Source of the DNA: Balanoglossus misakiensis
Lineage: Eukaryota; Animalia; Hemichordata
DNA length: 64,000 bases
Assembly: GCA_040954595.2 (NCBI GenBank)
Contig: CM082588.2
Span: forward strand, 9,780,844 to 9,844,843
Direction: 5' to 3'
In this document: positions 53,010-64,000 of the stretch, piece after piece
Layout: every line of letters starts with the position of its first letter
Position numbering within the stretch: position 1 is the stretch's first letter
Translations under genes and position numbers: made by a program
Notes under the pieces: model-generated
Seen by the model: the letters and a program-made list of their open reading frames with translations, nothing else
What the model was told of the DNA's origin: nothing
Databases searched by the model: none

Positions 53010-56000
53010 GTGGGTGTGGGAGGGGGTGTCCCCCTCCCACATTAGAAAATTTTGTAAAATAAAGGGCGCGAAACTGCAATTTTGTGGACTCAAAAGCAAA
53101 AGTTTGGTGGCAAAAGTATGTGACCCCCCCTTAAACGTTTAAAAAAAACAGATGACCCCCCCTTTTGGACTTCAAAATTCAAGTGACCCCCCCCCCTGGA
53201 TTTTGCCGGCCCCCCCCGGCCGTAAAAACTGAACGGTCCCTAAGTATGGAAAATAATTGGTAAATATAAGTGTGGTATTATTTCTGTGGGTGTTAAGCGC
53301 ATTATTGTGTAAGTGTTGACTGCTGTTTAAAACTTTTTCACTGAAGTCTGGGTGACTTCGAATTTTGGGAAATATTGCAGGATCCAAAGCAGATTTGGAA
53401 CCTGAGGAAATGTTCAACAAATGGAACCAATTGTTGAATAACAATGCTTAACAATTACTTTGGTAAAAGAAAGTTGATAGTGAAACACAAATTGTGGTAT
53501 TGTAGTTTGTATAATTTTGCGGAGTCATTGTATTTTTTGAATGCCACTTTCTGTAAAATTTGATTAGTTCGGATGATTGTTTAGGGTGATTCAAGACGTG
53601 AGATTAAACAAGGCAGGCTTAGTTATATATTCATTTTAAGTTGGGGAAGTGTGGGTTTGTTAGACATTTTGAAGAATTCAAGAATACTAATGATATATAA
53701 GTACATACCTCTTGTTTTTCTACGTGATGAAGTCTTGTGGGACGAGTGTGCAGAACCTTTGCTTGCCATTGTTTTTGCAAATCGTGATTTCAAAACAGAG
53801 ATTTTCAATGTTAGAATGTGAAAGTTGCAGGAAATGCGTTCTTGTATAACAAAATTGCTGCGTCATTACCACGATCATGTGATTTTCTTACTCCTTGGGT
53901 TGGTCAAGTTTATTGTCATATATTTGGAGTGCTGGTGGTTTACACAGGGGGTGAGCTGGGCAGCGCCGACATGAACAGACATAGTATATGATTAAGTGTA
54001 TGAAGATAGAGGGTCTGCTATATTGTGGCTGCCTGCTCAGTAATGGGGGCGTAAGTGGAAACAGCGCATAGTAACATTTGAGCTCAACATCAAAGCAACA
54101 TTTTAGGCGATGTTCTGTAATGTGTTGATATTATACATATTAGCTGTGATACACACAGTGGCTATTGAAATTTGTGCGGGAAGAGGCTGTTTGCACTTGA
54201 CGGATCCGAAAACGAATGTGATTACGGAAATACGTCTGCAGTAGGGGTCAGCTGATTACTGGTGAGTGGAATCTGTTAACATTTCGAAGTTTTGAAAGTG
54301 GTAGTAATCGCCTTATCGGTGATTTTAACGAGTGGAAACCTGGGTGGTGGCGATTGTGTTGTTGTAGTTTATCTAGCGGTAGTGTGATTTTGATGATATG
54401 AGAGCCAATGTCAGTTTAATTTGAGTTATATTTCCACACGTACAGAGGCAAGTCCGATACAATATGGCGGCGACCAAGTGTTTTGCAGAGTTGCTTACGC
54501 AATAGACTTACGCAATAATTTATGCTGACATGTCTGAGTTGTAAAAGTGGTATACTATTAATGTTAATCACTTTATCGGTGATTTGGATGAGTGGATAGG
54601 TGGATGGTGACGGTTGTGTAGTTGTAGTTGATCCGGCGGTAGTGAGATTTTGATGATATAAGACGCGATGTCAGTTTTATTTTCACACGTGAACTAGGTA
54701 TGTCCAATTCAATGTGGCGGCGACCAAGAAGACCATGTATTTCGCAGAATAGCTTACGCAATAATTAAATTAATAATTCCGTGTGGAAAAGGAAACTGAT
54801 CTGTTGGTTTATTTTGAGTGATGTATGTGTATTTTTATACTGACATGTTTGTGACTTACTACATTTGCTTCCACATTTTCCTGTTGTGGTTTATCTGAGG
54901 AAAACAATGAATAACTTGTAATATTTTTGTCTATTCTGTTAACAGATTAAGCTGAAGAGATATATCTCAGTCTCAAGGTGAGTGTTTGATATTGTTTTTG
55001 ACCATGACCTGAAGGGATAAAGGATGTGGTTTTGAGCTGTTTTCAGGAATATTGTGTGATATTAAAAGTTGTTTGACACTTTAAAAATGTTGGAAATACT
55101 GGTGAAATGATGTGCCATGATTGGTGTTTATTTCAATGTGTCTTTTTCTGTAAATGAGGGGGGCATTCCTGTGTTCATCCTTTTTTTTTCTTTTGGTACA
55201 TATTAGTCAGTGTGACAAAGATTTGGATTTGAATGTGTAGACATGGTTGATTAAAGTAATGCAAGTGTGATTTTGTTTGTTGTGAAATGATATTAATCTG
55301 TTGATGGTTGGCTATGAAAGTGATATGCATCATTGTTTTTTCCCTGAGAGTTCTGTTGATTTATAATTGTATTTGTAGTTATGTAAATATTGTTAACATA
55401 CAGGGAAATCCAAAGGGCAGTTTCAATTAAATTTTAACAGCTTTTTTGTGCAAGTTTCCCACAGTGTACACTTTGTGAGTATTTTCTGTATGTTTTGTTG
55501 AATCATACAAATTTTCTTAATTACGTTATCTGGTTTATTTTGCAGTTTTTGGTCACACAACATAGTTGATGGTAAGTGTTATAGATATAGCAGAAGATTT
55601 CAAGTGCATTGTAGTTTGTAGAGGTGTACTCAACATAGCTGGTCGAGAGCTTGTGTACTGTATGTATGGTGTACCAGGATTATTGGTTCTATCCTGGGAC
55701 ATGGTTGGAATTAAAAATGTTGCGAGACAGTTGTAATGATAATGCCCAAGTTATGGTGTAGTTTGATTTCCATGAACAGAATAGAAGTTTGGTGAGCAAA
55801 GCTGCTGTACAACATGTATATTTCGTCTGTGTGGCAGGATTATTGATTGTAGCATGGGAGATGGTTTTATTATTTGACAGGGTTGTATTAATGCGATTGA
55901 ATGCTGAAACAAACACAAGGACAAGTAATACAATCACTGAAATGAGGAAATGATTGAAAGGTGTGGAGTATTTCATCAACAATGAGATGGTAACTTCTGT

Positions 56001-56034
56001 TTGGTGATGGTAATCATGTTGAAATATTTTTCAG

Positions 56035-58354
56035 ATGCCTCGTAAGAAGAACTGGAGGAAGAGTGATGCGCAGAAGAAGCGGTTGGGTTTGGTTCGTGTC
56101 CCACCAACCAGTGATATTGTCACTCAGGGCCAATGTGTCCTGTCTGATCAAAACAATGCTAATGAAATGGAAAATGAATGTGGAAATTATGTCCTTCGGG
56201 ATGCTAATAACTTGCAAAATGAATCTGATGGTGTCCTTCGGGATCATGATAACTTGCGAAATAAATCGGATGGTGTCCTTCGGGATCTTGATAACTTGCA
56301 AAATGAATCTAATGGTGTCCTTCGGGATCTTGATAACTTGCAATATGAATGTGAAGGTGTCCTTCGGGATCTTGATAACTTACAATATGAATGTGAAGGT
56401 GTCCTTCGGGATCATGGCGAAGAAGGTGTAGATTTGGAGGGCGCAAGTAAAACTATGGCAGATGATGTTGCACATGATGAAGGTGATCAAAGAGGATTTA
56501 CTGTTGATCATGAAGTTGAGGAGACTTATGTGATGGGCGAGGTTGATAATATGAAAATAGCAAGAGTTACAGAGAGTGTTGGAAATGATTCACAAGATTT
56601 AGATAATGTTGGTACCGAAACCAGTGAATATTTATTTTGTCCAATTACGTCTGTGATACAGCATGAGTTATGTGTCAAACTTCAGTTACATAATGAAACT
56701 ACTATTGAGTGTGTAAATGGGATTGAGGGTGCGGAAGCTGGTGAACCTTGTAAAATAAAGTCAATTGTTGGTGATGGTAACTGTTTGTTTCGGGCGTTGT
56801 TATATGCTGTAAGTGGAAGTGAGAGAAATCACAGAGTGATGCGAAAAGCCATTGTTAATCACTTGAAAGTCAATGAGAATGCATATTTAGATTTCATAAA
56901 GTCAATGGGATATACATCAGTTGCAGACTACATTGAAAAGTCTAGAATGGATTGCCTTAACATTTGGGGTTCCGAAGTTGAAATCTTCGCAGGAGCAAAC
57001 TTGTTGAATACTGACATATATGTCCATACCATTGGCAGATGGTGGAAACACCCTTGCACTGAATTTAATGAGAGGAATTGCAGTCGAGGTGATGGTATCT
57101 ATATTTATCATCTGAATCAAAATCATTTTGATGTTGTTGAGTGTGTCAAAACACCTAACTTGAAAACATGTCACTGCACACATACTGATTGTGATGTACA
57201 AGTGTCTAGTGTAAATGTGACTGACAACTGCAAATCTGTTACAAGTAGTGAGATATCTTCTTCACAAAGGAAGTGTCCAAATAAGACAGGAATTGTGAAT
57301 GACAATTTGAATGCACTGGGGATTGAAAGTAGAGTTAAGAGGAAAAGGCCGATGAGTACACGGCTGAGAAAGAAACTGAGAAAAGTGAAATATCAACAGA
57401 AAGAAAGTATGGAAACTGCATCTGGTGCAAATGTTAAAACAAAGAGCAGTAGGGCTGATAGACAGCGTGCGTTGTATCATAGTAATTGTGAAATCAGAGA
57501 GCAACTGAAATTGAAAAGTAAAAGAAAGTACCATGATGATATAACATACAAAGAGGTTAAGAAACAGAAATTGTCAGACAAGTACCAGGAGGACATTTTG
57601 TTTCGTGAAGCCACAAAGGTGAAATTGTCAGAGAAGTACCGGCATGACACATTGTTTCGTGAAGCCACGAAGTTGAAGTTGGCTGAGAAGTACCGTCATG
57701 ACACATTGTTTCGTGAAGCCACGAAGGTGAAATTGTCAGAGAAGTACAGACATGACTCATTGTATCGTGAAGCAAAGAAGGGGAAATTTACAGAGAAATA
57801 TAAGCATGACAATTTGTTTCGTGAAACAAAGAAGGTGAAATTGTCACAGAAGTACAGGCATGACGCATTGTTTCGTGAAACAAAGAAGGTGAAATTGTCA
57901 CAGAAGTACTGGCATGATGCATTGTTTCGTGAAACAAAGAAGGTGAAATTGTCACAGAAGTACCTACATGACACATTGTATCGTGAAGGAAAGAAAGGGA
58001 AATTTACAGAGAAATATGAGCATGATGATTTGTTTCGAAAATCTGAGAAAACAAGATTTTCACACAAATATCACCACGATGAGGGATTTCGTGACATGAA
58101 AAAATGGGAATTTTGTGAACAATATAGAAAAATCCCCCTAGTCAGACAAAATCAGCAGAGACAATGTTCACAAAGGTACAAACAAAACCCTGACTATAGA
58201 GAGAGTGTATTGGAGAGAACGAGAAGAGAAAGAGAACAGAAGACAATGCAAAAGGGGAATTTAGATTATGTTGTTGCTACTTTTCGAAATCAGGTATCAA
58301 ATGGTCCTGACTGTGTGTGTTCTGTTTGCCGCAGGCGACTTTTCAGAAAGCAAG
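56035..58354 (+). CDS. Helentron RepHel-type polyprotein N-terminus (OTU cysteine protease, repeats, start of Cys-rich domain), interrupted by an LTR
   Basis: IVGDGNCLFRAL, WGSEVEI and NHFDVV (OTU motifs); GPDCVCSVCRRRLFRKQ resembles the region preceding Rep in animal Helentrons. The final codons and stop come from the LTR. Confidence 0.75.
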
Positions 58355-59911
58355 TGTAACGGCCTTGTTGATCCATTGAATTTGTATACATGTATATCTG
58401 TATGTATGTTATACCTGTATCTTATAGTAATTAGTTATTCAATTATTCATATGACGTAATAGTACTTACCTTCAATTGGTTGATCTTAATTATATGCAAA
58501 CCACCTGGAAGTTTCATTTGACCAATGAACACAAGCTAATCTGGCACTATGATGTAATTGCTGATATAAAAGGACATGGTGCATAAAATTGGTCAGTTCA
58601 CCTCTGTAGCCAGACCGGCCACACACGTTGGAACTGACATGTATTTGTTCCATTTCAGGTTAGTTTCCTTGTACCTTACCTGTTGCTTGAAGCTTTGTAT
58701 TTTGGTGCATTCTACCGACTCATTTCAGCACAAGTAATTGGTGTCGTTAACTTGCGTCAATTTTCCAATTGTATGTCTATATTTTTCACTTGCATGAATT
58801 TTGGTGTATTCTGTTGGAGGTGAACTCCCATACATGTGTGTAATTTAGCAGTTCACCTCTGTAGCCAGACCGGCCACACACGTTGGAACTGACATGTATT
58901 TGTTCCATTTCAGTTATTAAATGTAAGGCCTATGTCTTTGTTACCCGTAACCTGTTTGGTGTGAATATGTTGGAATGAACGGCGACAACCGTGACAAATG
59001 GCGTAGTCGGCAGGATTTGGCAATTCCTACGCAAGTTCTTTTTTCGGGACGGAGAGGATGATACTGACAAGTGCCATGTTTTAACTGGTCAGAAGTGTCT
59101 GGACAACGGACAACGCCCAACCAGGTGTGTCTTTCGCTGAGCTGGACGTCCTTGGGGAGCCACCCGGACTGCAGACAGACGGGAGCCAGGTCCAAGCGTC
59201 AACGGCGAGGAAAATTCTCTGCAGAGTGCCAAGTGGTGAAGTCGCTGAACTGTTACCGGCCGGAACTGTTTAGTGTGAAGTGTTCATCGCGGTATACAAG
59301 GTATTGTGTGTCCAGAACTTGACAGTGTTATTCCGTGCGAACTATAGACAGTGCGCATAAATTCCGTCCGTGGCGCATAGTTTCCATCTGTGATAACTTC
59401 GGACTTGAACTTGTGGACTGGGTATTTTATTGCAAACGAACTTAGAACCTGGTGTAACGTAATGTTTGTAAATTTTTCTTAGAAATTTCAATATTGTCTA
59501 TATAATGCAATGTGGTCAAAGTAGTTTTGATTTCAGTTCATTATTTTCCAAACGACGTGGAAAAAAAAAATTGTCAGCACTTGTTGAAAAAAAAAAAATA
59601 TTAAGTTATAAGTTAAATATTGTATATTGACTTGAGTTAGTTTATTATTGTATTAGTTATTTAGTTGTTTCATTATTATTGAGACTGTCCATGAATGGTC
59701 GTATTCATCCAAATCATACATTAGTCTCTATAGAACCTTTGGCAGTGTCTGTAAGCTATTCTATGCTTATTTCATTCCCTGTTAACGTATGTGCTATGCC
59801 AGTAGATACTGATATTATTGTTAAGATTTTCCAGTGAAATAGCTTGCATTGCATCGTATTTAACGACACGTCAGAGTCCTCCCAAATTGCCTCTCATTTT
59901 ATGGAAAAAAA

Positions 59912-61336
59912 ATGGCTGGGTCCAAAATATCAATTCAAGAGCGAAGCATTTATGTGCAACACTTGCCTTTTGAATGTACAAAGAAACATTTTAGAGAATT
60001 TATCGAGTTACAGCTTGGTTTGGCCCAGGTTGATCAAATTTATATTTCTGATAAAGATTCCGCTTTTGTCATATTTGAGAATATAGAATCAGCCACAGCC
60101 GCTCTGCCAGTAATACATAAAAGCACTTTTGAAGAAAGCAAATTACGGGCAAGTCGTGTGACCACAGCCCGAGGGTTGGAACTGTGGCATTTAATTGAGG
60201 AAACCGAACAAAGTACTGGCCTAGATTACAATGAAACCAGTGATCCCAAGACATCCAAACCCAAAGCAGATGTACAGGAAATTATTAACATGTTGAGTTT
60301 ACTGTCTGAAGCAGATAGGAAAGCGGTTGCACAGGCCATATCACCTGCTCCACTGAAACCAATCGTATCAACCCCTATGCCACAGCCGATTCCATTTCCA
60401 GCATTTCCAGTACCAACTTCAGTTGCAGATTCTTCACCATTTATTATGTCTTCACCTGCCCAAGCAGCTGCTGCACAGCCAGCCACAGCCACTACTGCTT
60501 TTCACTCGGTGGAATTCCCAAGAATAGTCGTCTTCTCTGGCAAAGGTGATGTCACTTATGAAATGTGGCGATATGAAGTTCGAGCACTACAGAGGGAGAA
60601 TGTGTTTCCGGAGACCATAATTATGCAGGCTGTTCGGAAATCCCTACGAGCGTCCGCTGCTGAAGTCCTACTACATATGGGAGAAGACATCACAGTGTCC
60701 CGATTGATGGCGAAGATGGACATGGTCTTTGGGAAAGTATTGCCACCGGAAGCAGTTTTGGAAAAATTCTATACAGCACGACAAACGAAGACAGAAAAGG
60801 TAGCAGAATGGGCCTGTCGCATCGAAGGACTTTTGGATGAACTCAGATCAGGTCAGTCCATCTCTAGTAATTCAGAAGAAACCATGCTTCGAACCAAATT
60901 CTTTTCTGGCCTGTCAGATGAGCACATTAAGAATGCAATCAGACACCGATATGATACGGGAGAAGATTATTCAGGATTGTTGCTAGCCGCAAGAAAGCTT
61001 GAAGTAAATAGGGAGACCACTACCAGGGTTCACCAAGCAACTGTTGCTGACAAGACGATGATAACCAAATTGGAGGAACTTACCAAAGGTCTGAAGAACT
61101 TAGCTGAGAAGGTTGCTGAACTAGAGAAGCGAACTTCAACATCATCAACTCCAGAGTCTACTTTTCGCCGACGTGTCAACAATGAAAATGGCCGGGATCG
61201 GCGTGGCAACGATGGAACTCGCCAACCCAAACAAGTTTTCCCAGGCACTTGCTTCAAGTGTGGTGAACATGGACACAAAAAGACAGACTGTCCTTTAAAT
61301 GGGGAGCGACCAGGCATCCGGAGGGACATGCGCTAG
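59912..61336 (+). CDS. Gag with N-terminal RRM-like domain, PNMA-like capsid and CCHC
   Basis: IYVQHL and SAFVIF; FSGKGDVTYEMWRYEV..AVRKSLR; CFKCGEHGHKKTDC. Confidence 0.88.
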   Translation: MAGSKISIQERSIYVQHLPFECTKKHFREFIELQLGLAQVDQIYISDKDSAFVIFENIESATAALPVIHKSTFEESKLRASRVTTARGLELWHLIEETEQSTGLDYNETSDPKTSKPKADVQEIINMLSLLSEADRKAVAQAISPAPLKPIVSTPMPQPIPFPAFPVPTSVADSSPFIMSSPAQAAAAQPATATTAFHSVEFPRIVVFSGKGDVTYEMWRYEVRALQRENVFPETIIMQAVRKSLRASAAEVLLHMGEDITVSRLMAKMDMVFGKVLPPEAVLEKFYTARQTKTEKVAEWACRIEGLLDELRSGQSISSNSEETMLRTKFFSGLSDEHIKNAIRHRYDTGEDYSGLLLAARKLEVNRETTTRVHQATVADKTMITKLEELTKGLKNLAEKVAELEKRTSTSSTPESTFRRRVNNENGRDRRGNDGTRQPKQVFPGTCFKCGEHGHKKTDCPLNGERPGIRRDMR

Positions 61337-64000
61337 GTCGGAACGGTAACAGTCCCTCTAATGTTATTGATTCTTTAATAGGCCACGCCAATGAAACTGA
61401 GATTGTGCTGGAAGGATCCTCGTGTATTGCGCTGATAGACACCGGGTCCATGGTATCTACTGTTGCTGACACTTTTAACAGAGAGAAGCTACAGAAACCA
61501 ATTCATGACCTGAACAACTTGGTGAAGGTAGAAGGGGCTAGTGGTACAGAAGTTCCTTACCTTGGTTATATTGAAGTTGAAGTGAAATTCCCAGATAGCC
61601 ATGGACAAGAGATGTCTAAAGATGTATTATTGCTTGTTGTTGAAGACACGGAATATAATCAGATGGTTCCAGTTGTGATAGGCACAAATGTTCTCCAACA
61701 TTTTGTGGATGAAGATACACAGTACAGTACAGATCTATCCTCAGTATGGAGACTAGCATACCAAGCGACTATCCACCGGCAGAGGGCCGAAGGTAGGACA
61801 TTTACAGTTACCACTACTAAACCCATAACCATTGGACCATACGAACGCACAGTCATCCATGGATTTTGCAGAGTGGACCTAAGAAATTGTCAATCAGTAG
61901 TTGTGGTGGAACCAGAAAATGACAGACTTTTACCTGGTGGTTTACTTGTTACTCCAGCCGTGTTGAAGTTAGAGCCTCGTGGTAATTCATGTCGAATCCC
62001 AGTAATGGTGACCAACTATGGAGCACGTGCTGTCACAGTTCCCCCTAAAAGCACCCTATGTAACATGAACTTAGCATCTAATGTCTCACAGCCTTTAGAT
62101 CCATATGGAGATGATATTGATACAAACTCAGATGGGACCACCTCACCAAAAGTACCCGATTGGCTGATAAAAGACCTGGGATTACAAGAGGCGGATACAG
62201 AATTAACAGAAATCCAGAAAGACCAAGCCTTGGCTACCATTGGTAAATGGCAAACCGTGTTCTCTACAGGTGAGAGAGATTTGGGACACACAACATTGGT
62301 AACACATTCGATAAAGTTAACGGATGAAACCCCCTTTAAAGATAAATACCGTCGAATCCCTATGGGTATGTACGAAGAATTGCAACAGTACCTGCAAGAT
62401 ATGCTACAGAGTGGTGTGATTAGAGAATCAAACAGCCCGTGGTCCTCAAATGTTGTATGTGTCAGAAAACCTGATGGGAAGCTGAGGGTGTGTATTGATT
62501 ATAGACGTCTCAACGCCAAAACCATTAAAGACGCTTACGCATTACCCCGGGTATTGGATACGCTTGATAACCTTAGTAACGCCGAGTGGTTTTCATCGCT
62601 TGATCTACGGTCTGGATATTACCAAGTAGAGATGGCGGAAGACGACAAAGCGAAGACAGCTTTCACGGTGGGAAACTTCGGCTTATTTGAATTCAACCGT
62701 ATGTCTATGGGTCTGACCAACGCACCTGCAACTTTCCAGCGTCTCATGGAGAAGTGTTTTGGAGAATTGGCGTTCAGAGAATGTTGTGTGTATTTAGATG
62801 ACATCATAGTATTTTCGAAGACTTTTGAAGACCACCTCAATAGATTGGAGCGGGTATTCCAGCGGCTGGCATCACATGGACTAAAGTTGAAGGCAACGAA
62901 GTGTGTTTTATTCCAGAAGAAGGTGAAATATCTTGGACACGTGGTATCAGCCGACGGAATTACAACGGACCCAGACAAGGTAGCAGCTCTGAAGGAATGG
63001 CCAATACCCACTACTGTAACAGAACTGAGAAGATTTCTTGGATTTGCAGGGTATTACAGGAGATTTATCCAAAGCTACAGTAATATTGCCAAGCCACTTA
63101 ACGACTTGCTGTGTGGACGTCAGTCAAGGAATAAGGCGGGAAAATTTGAAAAACTCCAGTGGGGACAACAGGAACAACAAGCTTTCGACACTCTGAGGAA
63201 GAGCCTAATGTCGTCACCAATACTAGCCTTTGCTGACTACTCACTTCCATTTGAAATACATACTGATGCAAGTTCCACAGGTCTGGGAGCAGTGCTGTAT
63301 CAACGCCAGAAAGGTATTCTCAGAGTAATTGCCTATGCAAGTAGAGGACTCACCAAGTCTGAAAGTAATTATCCAGCTCATAAATTAGAATTTTTGGCAC
63401 TGAAATGGGCCGTCACCAAGAAGTTCAACGACTACCTGTATGGAAGCAAATTCACTGTGTTTACAGACAACAACCCTTTGACGTATGTGTTAACTTCTGC
63501 GAAACTGGATGCGGTGGGACACAGATGGTTGTCAGACTTGTCATTGTACGACTTCTCTATTGTTTACCGGAGTGGTAAGAAGAATATAGAGGCTGACGCT
63601 TTGTCTAGGATTCCATGGAATAGAGAGAATCCAGAGACGGAAACCAATCTGGGAGCCGATGTAGTCCAGGCGCTTTGTCGAGCAACAGAAGGTCCATACG
63701 TAACTTCATTCGGAATGGTAGCAGATGAGGACAGACCTGCAGTAGTTCAAGGTGGGGATGATGTGTTCTGGAAGACGGAGCAGTCCAAAGATTCAACAAT
63801 ACAGTATGTGACTGATCAGCTTGAAAAGGACCACAAACCACTTATGAGAGATCATACAGGAGATGTCAGACTACTTATACGAGATTGGAAACGCCTTGTT
63901 CTGAAGAATGGAGTCCTATACAGGAAATGCTTCATCGATGATATACAATATTTGCAACTTGTCTTACCAGTACACCATAGAAAAGATGTCCTGGAGGAAC
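61290..64000 (+). CDS. Gypsy Pol (PR, RT, RNase H, start of INT), probably via -1 frameshift, 3' partial
   Basis: Read manually: ALIDTGS (~61430), LDLRSGY, VYLDDII (~62790), HTDAS and TDNNPL. tttaaat lies at the gag end. Absent from the ORF track, consistent with no stop before the window end. Confidence 0.88.

Larger units (their letters stand above)
45767..53240. mobile_element. PIF/Harbinger-like MITE (~1.2 kb) split by a Gypsy insertion
   Basis: TIR gggaccgttcagtttttacggc / gccgtaaaaactgaacggtccc with a TAA TSD. Confidence 0.85.
33843..64000 (+). mobile_element. Putative giant Helentron (Helitron-like, HLE2) extending beyond the window, with nested insertions
   Basis: The terminus aaatatagctgcaagcagcgatagtgggcccaagc matches the reverse complement of the HINE end at 19345-19380. 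Inserted in an A-run without a TSD. Contains an RPA-like ORF and an OTU/zinc-finger ORF. Neither the host Gypsy's 3' part nor the hairpin end is seen in the window. Confidence 0.55.
58355..64000 (+). mobile_element. Gypsy LTR retrotransposon (5' part, continues beyond the window)
   Basis: LTR 58355-58996 (tgtaac...gtgaca), PBS tggcgtagtcggcaggatt (tRNA-Ser), gag and pol. Confidence 0.92.

Noticed and set aside
59030-59100. tRNA gene or second PBS near the LTR
   Set aside because: The tRNA similarity is limited to the PBS at ~58999-59017; no cloverleaf can be formed.

Overview
This is eukaryotic DNA (probably a marine invertebrate; inference) made almost entirely of nested transposable elements, with no recognisable host gene. 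From left to right: (1) a decayed Mag-type Gypsy LTR element (2563-8353, minus strand) carrying a long-TIR DNA transposon; (2) a full-length L1/Tx1 LINE inserted exactly at that element's LTR end; (3) a 2.4-kb element with Ngaro/PAT-type split direct repeats (A1..B1-A2..B2) that encodes only a CCHC Gag; (4) non-autonomous Helentron-like (HINE) elements, a Kolobok-like element and a dead pogo/DDE_1-PHD transposase; (5) a tandem array holding a solo LTR and a Gypsy of the same family. That Gypsy is cut at ~33843 by what looks like a very large Helentron. The putative Helentron carries an antisense RPA-like OB-fold gene, a hammerhead-like motif, satellites and an OTU-protease ORF. It is itself invaded by two Harbinger-like MITEs, a Gmr1-type Gypsy (integrase before RT) and an RRM/PNMA-Gag Gypsy that runs off the window end. 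The best novelty candidates are the Gag-only split-direct-repeat element, which has a palindromic recombination-like junction, and the giant cargo-bearing Helentron. All calls come from reading the sequence by eye; no database searches were run.
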